A stretch of DNA of 63,784 bases, the filler included, from Bigelowiella natans CCMP2755 (lineage: Eukaryota; Protista; Cercozoa): assembly GCA_000320545.1 (NCBI GenBank). It is 3 parts of 3 records of this genome, joined end to end, with 100 filler letters (N's around TTAATTAATTAA, not from the genome) between each part and the next. Parts side by side here need not be neighbours in the genome. Positions count along the whole stretch, not along the records: positions 43,953 to 63,784 come from ADNK01000751.1; 2 more parts are not named here. One strand, written 5' to 3'. The position numbers and the translations under genes are program-made. The notes under the pieces were generated by a model. It was not told the DNA's origin and did not search any database. It saw only the letters and a program-made list of their open reading frames with translations. Of this stretch, positions 55,113 to 63,784 are shown piece by piece. Each line of letters starts with the position of its first letter. The first letter of the stretch is position 1.

Positions 55113-57480
55113 AGGCAGCATCATCTCATGCGTGTCATTGCCGAGGAATGACAGTGAACATGCATGTGTGCACACATGGGCAAAGATTTCAAGATGTGTG
55201 CGCATTTGGTGTCCAATCTAGCAATGCACATCTCCCAATCGCAAGACACAAATGTCATCTATGACCATGAAGCTACAACTACACGCTCAGCAATCCACAG
55301 AACTGCTTTGCATGCACATGGTGCCTGCTCATGACACGTCAAGACACACACGAAGCAGGATGTGGCATCTTGCAAATTGACACATTGATCCTTCCTTGGT
55401 GAACGGCATTCGACAAGCACTTTCATGTGGCACGTGTCTGAAAAATGCATGACGTTGCGTTTGGGAAAACTCCCATTTGACAAGGTGGCTGATGTGCTCA
55501 TTTTGAGTGACGCTAGCCTTGCTAGCTTGGGTGTGTGTCACCGCCATTGTTGCGCTCTCCTGAAGTTCAGAGTCAACTTTGTCTAGGTGTGGCCACATGC
55601 TGACATGGTGTGAGGGTTCATCAGCAAACAATGCACAATTGCACGCGCTTGAAACCGTCGCATGCGCAGGGTCACTTCGTTGAGAGTTTCGATGATCTTG
55701 GCTGGTCACAAGTCCGTCAAACCTGCAACGAATCGCCAGAATGTGCACTTGGAAGCTTTTGCGCGCGACCAAGCGCGTCATGTGATGCAATGGACATTGG
55801 ATTTGCTCGCATTTCTTTGAAATTTTTCGTGCACATCACACTTGGTCAAACGCACACGCAAAAGCATTCAAAATGTGGCAGAGAACAAACGCGCAGCGTG
55901 CATCCGCTGCACAACGGGTGTGAATTTTCACACTTTGAGGCCTTGAAAATGGACATTTTGGTCAACACTTCGGTCATTTTTTCAGGTTTGGCCATCGGAC
56001 AAGTTCTGATGACTTTTCTTTGACTGACTGCAACTGCCTGCTGCTTCAAAGCGCGTCGCAAAGCGCTGCACTGCAACCCCGTCGTCACCGGGTTTGACGG
56101 ACTTGTGGGTGCAGTGGGAAAACTTCAAACGTTTTTGCTCATGCACGTGCTGGCATGCACGGGCGTTCCGACGATGAAAAGAGCACGCAACGTGCGTGAT
56201 CACGTGTGGTGTCCACGTGCTGTCACATGGCACCAACAGCCCTCAGACTTGTTTGGCACAGGCACGACGTGCAGAACCAGCTAGCCAGGGAATTGCAAGT
56301 GTGCACAATGCGAAGTGCGGAAGGACCATGCGGAAGACGTGCACTTGCTGGTGCACGCCGCAGCACCTGCAAGCAAAGTTCGTTGCGAGGACCTGTGAGT
56401 GAGCACAATGTTGGTGACGATCGTCCAAGGCACAAGCTGATGCCAGGTGGCAGTGCCAGAGTGGCTGATTGAGACTGAAAGTGATCGATGGAGTCCAAAC
56501 AAGGAAGTTGGTGGGAGTGAAGCGTCGACTTGTTGTGAGCGTCGTGGCCAGGCTGGAAAGGACGAATCGAGAGTCATTGGCAAGAGGAGGCAACGGCAGC
56601 AAAAAGAGACAGTTTGCAAGGCGGTCCGACGCAGCGTCTGACCGCCTTGCAAACTTCTTTGTCAGCAAACAACACACAACACCAGTCTTGGCGCCCAGGC
56701 AGGCAGCTTTTCTCGTTGGAAGTCGTCGTGGCTGCAAAGGCTCCCAGAGTGACCACTTCGTCACCTGGTGAAGGGTGGTGAGGATGGAGGAGGCTTCGCA
56801 CTTTGTCGAGAACCTGAACCTGGTGTCAACCGTTCCAGCGTTGCCTGGCAGGACAGCAGCAGGTGGTGCAGGGTCGTGTCCTCACGGGAAGTCTGGAAGT
56901 GCACAAGGCGAACCAACCCTCGTGAGGTTTCAAGGCGAAGAACCTGGCGACCGCGTGACGCCACCGAAGGGCACCACAAGTGAATGTGCTTGTAGCTTGA
57001 AAGAAACTCCGAAGGGTTCACTTGATTGCTGGACAAAGAGACAACAAAGACAAAAACAATGACGAAAACAACGTTCCCAAAGTGTGGCAAGACACTTGCA
57101 ATGCACGAAACGCAGTGCCTCGAACCAGCTCCAGTGAGGACTGACTGGTGAAGACCACCATGATTTGAAGACAATGATGAAAACTTCGTTTCCAAAAACG
57201 CTGCAAGACGTTTGCAGTGCGCGAAACGCAGTGCCTCGAAGTAGCTCCAGTGAGGACTGGCTGGAAAGCTGAGTGCCAATCGATCGGACAAGATTTGTCT
57301 CGTTGGTCATTTTTTGGCTAGTCACTTTCCGTGAGAGATTGAACTTGCACTGACGAGGAGGAGGAAAATTCATTTGCCCCAATTTGCATCCTCATCTTGA
57401 ATCTTCATTTCGTCGTCGGTTGTTTTTCCCCTGATTTTTGTCCTCATTTTGAACGTCCTTGTCTCTCTTGTTTTCATCCT
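55113..57480. other. TpA-depleted (hypermutated) intergenic block, possibly a decayed gene or element
   Basis: Only 4 TA dinucleotides in 55586-57479 by manual count. Many overlapping Tyr-poor, Cys/His-rich spurious ORFs. Confidence 0.85.
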
Positions 57481-57768
57481 AACTTGCACCCTCGCAATGA
57501 CGATGGATCGCATTCTCAATTCCCCCTGAATATTCATCTTGCGACAAGATGAGTGGCATAAACAACAACTTGCAACAACTCCTGCAACACTTTTATCTTC
57601 AAAGCCAACGACACCTACAGCAGTCAAAGTACACAGCAGGGCACCCCCCTCGCTTTGATCATGTGGCATTCAAACAGTCCTCATCGGGCTTCCGAAGAAA
57701 AACCGAATTATTTTAGCAAATCGAAGGTATTTCATCATTTCATCCTCTCTACATCAGAAGAAGGGGAC

Positions 57769-60426
57769 ATGAAGCCTCTTCCGATTGCTCTCTTTGTGTT
57801 GAGGCCACTGTGGTTCATATCCATTTCTCAGCATGGACGAAGTAGGCAGCTATTCTTAGTTTCGGTTCTTGTAACCCTTACGTTTTCATGTATAATGAGT
57901 AAACGTGGAATTTCGAGTTATGATCGTGAGATTGAGCTGCTCCAAGTTCAATATCCTCTTCATCACCGATCCCGTGCAAGCAATCAAATTGGAGGTAGTA
58001 GGTGTGAAGGAATTCGCAGTTTCCTTCCGTCATCGCCTCAAGCACTTGTAAGCGCTGGTCGTCCAAGCAAGATTGCTTCTTCACTTCCAGCAGCGAGAAT
58101 ATATCATCTGATGGAGGAAAATAAATATGGTGTTTTCGGAGGTATGTAAGTTAGCATCTACTGACTACTACTACTTTGACTAGCTACATATAAACACAAA
58201 GATCAATTTTCACAATATTCACTGCTATTAGCCCAAACCATATTCAGAAGTAGCAGTATTCATCTTCTATGTCCAACTATTATAAGTCATGAAGATGGCT
58301 AGTTATTTGCTGTAATCTTGTCGTAGTTTGTCATTCTCATGGTTTTTAATCTGTTTCAATAGCATCGGTATCTTCTGCAGTATCATTTAGTTAATGCGGT
58401 GTAGTAGGTTCAATTGGACAAAGAAGACGAAAAGGCCACTGCGTTAACAGTTTCGCAGCAGCAACAACAACAACAAGCAGCTGCCTTCGGATGCTGCCTC
58501 TGGGAGGGAGAGGGGATAATCTGAAGCGGCGACGAACTGCCCACATTATCATCGTAAGAAGAGTGAAAAAAAAGAAGAGAGAGAATACGATAGACAGACA
58601 TAGAACCACCAGTGAACATTATCAATGGGGCTGTTACCTTGTCATTGAAAAGTGTCAAAATAAAGCTTATTAATTTTCAATGTTTAGGTGCGATCTGATG
58701 CAGTACCGAAAAATGAAAGAGACAAGAATGAGGATGATGATGATGATGATACTACTACTTTTAGTGAAGATGAGGTACTACAACCTCTACTGTTATCTAT
58801 GATGCATCAATGATGATGAGTATTTAGAGTCTAGCAGCTAATATATTAGTCAGTATATTGATGATATATTGTCTGTCTGTGTGTCATCATCATAATCGAA
58901 GGAGATAGAGATTATCGATGATGATGACGACTACGAAGAAGACGATGAAGAGATTATTGAACTCGGAAGTGCATTAGACGACGATGCGGATGTTATTGTC
59001 GGAAAATCCTCCAAAGCTATGAGCGATCTCAGTGATGATGAATTAAAAGCATTGGGTATTGACTTGAATAAAAGAACCCAAGATGAAGATGAGGAAGATG
59101 ATAATGAAAAAATAGATCCAAGGTACTTGATGAAATAAACAGAACGACCATAGTAGCCTGTTGTTTGGCGCTGTCCTAAGAGGGTTCCCTCTTGATATGT
59201 TGCATCTTGAATTGTTGTGTATTATTCCACACTATCATCGCCATCTTATTATTATTATTATTATTATTATTCTGCTGTCTCTCTCCACCCTCCCTCCCTC
59301 CTCTATGGATAAATTTGGTAGATATAAGCTTGACGATGTTCTAGAGGGATTCGATATGTTCAAAGATGACGCTATAGATGAAGAAACCGAGCGGCTATTG
59401 TGAGTAGTACTTAATTACTAGAATATGCTATATTGATGTAGCAGCAACAGCAGCATATGAAGTGACCAATATAGCAGCAGTTGTGTTAGTGGTGATCAAC
59501 ATAGAAAAGATGTTGTAGAGTTGTTATAAATTACAGCATTGGTGTACTATTATTATACATTTAGAGCCCCAGATCCAGACATTGACTCTGCTCCTCCAGT
59601 ACCGGAAGGATGCATGAGACAAGTAATACAACTGCTATATAATAAGATAAAAAGCTGTGATGATAAAAACAACTCTGAACAAATGCCTCCTTCCTCGCCC
59701 CCTCCTCTTTTCATCACTCCTCCTCTTCATCACTCCTCCTTCGTAGGTGAGATCCATCGAATCTCCTCTCGAATGGCACTTAGAGCAATATGATGATGGG
59801 AAAGGTTAGATGATGATAACTCAATATGAAAAGTCGTCTGAAGAAAGACTATAAGTAATTCGAAGGAGAAATATATTATTTTTAACTTATCAGTTTTTAT
59901 TGTTAATTAGTTATCATAGTGACTGTTCATAAGAAATAGAATGTCTACTACCATTGTGGTGTTATTGTTATTATTTTTTGCTACTTTGTTAATACTGCTG
60001 TCAAATACTAATAAGCAATCAATTATGCAGCTAGCATCTACCCAGTTTGATAATGATGGATTTGTACATATTATTGTGTCATGAATGTATAATACATGAT
60101 ATTCACAGATGACGACATGGTAAGTATTGGGAAAGTAGTAGCATTGGGTGGTTAGAAGCAGCCTTCTTGTCATCATTGTCTTTTGTTCGTAGTGGTTCTA
60201 CTAATCTTCCATGCAAATTATTATCTATGTGATGACAGGAGGTGAGGGAGGCTACTACGTGAGAGAAATTGTGGAAGGAAGCAATGTGTGGTGGGATCAC
60301 AATATAGAAGTTGGTGATGAGGTCGTCGTGAATATTAACAATAATAGTTATCAAACTAATCTACTGCAATTTGATACGTAGGTTATGTGTTCCTGTTGTG
60401 TGTTTACGTTTGTGCATGTGTAGTAT

Positions 60427-60480
<54 letters not shown>

Positions 60481-62739
60481 TGAATTATCTTCTTCTACTA
60501 CTACTACTACTACTACTACTACTCCACCACCCAATGCCTTTTTCTTCTTCTTCTTCTTCTTCTTCTTCTTCTTCTTCTTGTTCTAGGTAATTCGAATCTC
60601 ACAAATTATTCCCGAGGAGGGAAGAGTCACTATGATAAATCTACGAGATCGATCATTACAGGAAATTGGTAGAGGTACCTACTACAATTACTAGCTTTAG
60701 CACAAGAGAGAGGGAGAGGTGTATAAACAATCATGTAGTGGTGGTAGTAGTAGTAGTAGCAGCAGGAAAAAGACACATCATCATCATCATCATCATCATC
60801 ATCATATACTTGCTGCTGCAACTTGGGCTAGGAAAGGAAATAGACGGGGTATGGGTATGAACAACAGGATATGAATTGTTGTTTACGTCGTCGTTCTACA
60901 ACTGTATTTTGATTTGGTTTCCTGCATGACTTAGATACTACTACTTTAAAGTTGAAATACTCGTTCTAGTCCATCTCGTGTATTCTTCGTTGATTGTTAT
61001 TATCTAATGAGAGTAGTCTCGAGTGTAGTAATATTATGTTTGTTTCTTCTTCTTCACAGCAATAGCATCACATCCAATCGGAGTGCCAGTAACTGTGGAG
61101 GTGCAGAGATGTTGGACAAAAGATGATCGTAAGAAAATAATGCCTGAATGGAGATGGGCTTTAGACGGTAATGTGATGAATAATTATCACATGACGATAG
61201 AAGAAGAAGAAGAAGAAGAAGAAGAAGAAGAAGAAGAAGCAAACATGCATTGCATTAAGTAGTAGTGGTGCCAATAGTAGCAGCAGTCCTGCTGCTTGCT
61301 GGCGACGACTGTTAAAATATACTATCAGCATCATCATTCATACCAAAAAAAAAAAAAGTACTACAACTACTACTTCGAATGCTAGAATACTATATACCTA
61401 CTACTGATGTTGCGTGCAAGAAAACACATCGGTCACTAGGCACCGAAACATCGTCGTCTACGACTTCTACTAGCTACTCTTTCACACATGTAGCAAAACG
61501 ATATTGCTATTATCCTCCCTCCTCTTTCAATATCCATACTAATCAGCAGTAAGTACAATATGTTCTCTCTACCAACATTGGTAATCATATTATCAATTTT
61601 ATTTAGCTTTTTCCCTTGGTTTTTATCACCTGATGAGAGTCAAGACGTTGTGGTTGTTTTTAAGATTATTTGGGATTTTTCTACTTTTGCAGGAAACACA
61701 ACAGATCCCATCCCTGAATGGAATTATGGTAGATGAGTTTTTGTGTGTGTGCGTGTGTGTGTTTTCACTAATTAATACCTATTCATTGTGGTCTTCCGTC
61801 GTTGCTTGCTTTTAGGTGTATCACCAAGCAAAGAACGTATTCAGGAATTTGAATCCAGGTGATGGTAGTGAGTGGTTGGAGGGTTACGATAGAGAAAAGT
61901 ATTTCAGCAGCTTGTTTGGTTTGATGAGAGAAAAAGATATCATTTAACCCTTATGATACTTGATATATTGTGCGACTAAAACTTTGAACAGAGAAGCGGA
62001 GAGAAGGGAGATCATGAACAGTGACGAGTCACCTATATTGCAGTCATGGAGTGAATATGGAATTGATCTATCAGACCCACGTAATAATAACACTACTCAC
62101 GTAGAAAGAAGAAGAGAATTGCAGATTGATCTGACTAACCTGACAATCATGGATATGTTTGGGTCGCTTACACGATAATCCAATTCTACTTTGCAGAAAA
62201 TTATAAAGATGAAACAGGCTGGAGAGAAAATGTGGGTTATGTATTCTTTTAAGTAGTTTATGATGTAGCGTTGTTCATAGTCTCGTAGTGGTAGTAGTAA
62301 TAGTAGTACTGAAAAAACAGCAGCAAGTCATAAAGGTTGTATTGAAGATGAAGTCAGCAATATAAAGTTGAACATTTGTAACAAATTATCTCCTAATATC
62401 TATTCAAGAATCGGAGGAGTAATATTTCATGATTAGTCTTCCTTGTGATAATGGTTAATTTTTTATTTGTCAGCTATTCCAACGTGAAGTACCTGAGGAA
62501 GACGATGATGTAGACGTAGAGCAGGTACAACAAACATTACTCATCACGACCATCATCATCATCATCATCATCATCCAATATAAATTGATATCTTCTGCTC
62601 ACAATCTTTCGGTACCATGATGACAAGAAAAACGATGTTAGAAGTTCAGGGTAAAAAATTTTTTGTCAAACAGGAAATCGCGGATGCAATGAGGGTTGCT
62701 TTGCAAAGTGATGAGGAGGATGAAGATGAAGGAGCATGA
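57769..62739 (+). CDS. Multi-exon acidic hypothetical protein with signal/transit-like leader
   Basis: MKPLPIALFVL..LFLVSVLVTLTFSCIM followed by an S/R-rich stretch. D/E-rich exons (EIEIIDDDDDYEEDDEE.., YKLDDVLEGFDMFKDD, APDPDIDSAPPVPEG). Ends ..QSDEEDEDEGA*. Confidence 0.55.
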
Positions 62740-63339
62740 TGATGTTGACGACTACGGATGAAACAGACATAGAATCAAACATGTGCATGACATCTCAGAT
62801 TTCTTGTTGTCCATTGGAATGCATGATTCTCATTTAGTAGTTCACCATGCGCACGGTGCAAACATCATTTTTGCACCATTTTTCATTCATTTGAGCCAAC
62901 TTTGTGGTCTGTGCAACGCAACAAAACAATGCACAAGACAGCAATGACGGAATGTGACGCAACAGAGTTGACATGAAATTGCACGTGCGGTTGATGAATT
63001 AGGTGCGTGCAGCCACAGTCAGCATGTCTGCAGTTGCGAATCTTCTGGCAGCCTCATGGCATCAACAAATGATGCCGCCTAGTTGCGATGCGACCAGAAA
63101 AGGCATCTGGACGCAAACACCTCGCAATTCGAAAATCGTCATTTTTTCAATGCAGCCGCTTTCCACAATGCATTCCTCAGTGCACATGTGCACACATGCA
63201 TGTCATGTTGCTGTGTCTGTTCCAGTGTTGTGCTTGCAACTCTCACACAACTTCTTGCACTTTTCGCAACAATGGCTTTTTTGGCCTTGATTCAACATTC
63301 ACACGTTTTTTGTTGTCATTTCTCATCAGAAACAGAGTC

Positions 63340-63500
63340 AGGGAAAGGATCAGGGTCAGTGCAATGGTGGGGGTTTGGGATTAGGATCAGGATCAGGGTC
63401 AGGGTCAGGGTCAGGGTCAGGGTTAGGAAGTAAGGGTTAGGATCAGAGTCAGGGTTTTCTCCCAGGCCACGACCAAGATGACGGTCGAAAAGGAGGGTCA
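63340..63500 (+). repeat. Degenerate subtelomeric telomere-like repeats (GGGTCA/GGATCA)
   Basis: Four tandem GGGTCA at 63396-63419, plus GGATCA, GAGTCA and GGGTTA units. Confidence 0.85.
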
Positions 63501-63507
63501 TAGTGAG

Positions 63508-63753
63508 GGGTTAGGGTTAGGGTTAGGGTTAGGGTTAGGGTTAGGGTTAGGGTTAGGGTTAGGGTTAGGGTTAGGGTTAGGGTTAGGGTTAGGGTTAGGG
63601 TTAGGGTTAGGGTTAGGGTTAGGGTTAGGGTTAGGGTTAGGGTTAGGGTTAGGGTTAGGGTTAGGGTTAGGGTTAGGGTTAGGGTTAGGGTTAGGGTTAG
63701 GGTTAGGGTTAGGGTTAGGGTTAGGGTTAGGGTTAGGGTTAGGGTTAGGGTTA
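63508..63753 (+). repeat. Telomere (TTAGGG)40
   Basis: Perfect TTAGGG array in the G-rich-strand-outward orientation at the window end. Confidence 0.98.
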
Positions 63754-63784
63754 ACGCATTCGGCCAGGCTTTCCCTTAGGGATC

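Noticed and set aside
55259-57382. Dense overlapping Cys/His-rich ORFs as real genes
   Set aside because: Explained by loss of TAA/TAG stop codons through TpA depletion; no recognisable domain.
55113-57480. CpG methylation-deamination or classical RIP as cause of the CA/TG excess
   Set aside because: CpG remains frequent in these blocks, and RIP would enrich TpA rather than remove it.
63754-63784. Non-telomeric 31 bp distal to the telomere array
   Set aside because: Most likely adapter/linker or chimeric read end (ends in GATC); too short to argue for an interstitial telomere.

Overview
Eukaryotic, intron-rich, microsatellite-rich chromosome end that finishes in a (TTAGGG)40 telomere. It has two 100-bp scaffold gaps carrying a TTAATTAATTAA linker. 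Many genes begin with signal-peptide + transit-peptide-like leaders, which suggests (inference) a secondary-plastid alga such as a chlorarachniophyte. Genes I traced by hand across introns: VPS13-like (5' part), a WWE + R-S-E ADP-ribosyltransferase, FabZ, a PPR protein, RPS27, two ankyrin proteins, a CS/NudC-domain protein, a 3'-truncated ABCG, VIT1/CCC1, an RsuA/RluB-type pseudouridine synthase, an ACC-synthase-like aminotransferase (3' part), a Sel1-repeat protein and several orphans. The main unexplained signal is in the DNA between genes. Stretches downstream of gene 3' ends have almost completely lost the TpA dinucleotide, except in CTAG, and are rich in CA/TG. Two copies of a local repeat, and the degenerate telomere repeats, point to directional TA->CA/TG changes. 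This is the mirror image of fungal RIP and is a candidate undescribed targeted hypermutation system. A MutS7-like (giant-virus/epsilonproteobacterial-type) coding fragment also sits inside an intron. All counts and exon models were made by eye and need computational confirmation.
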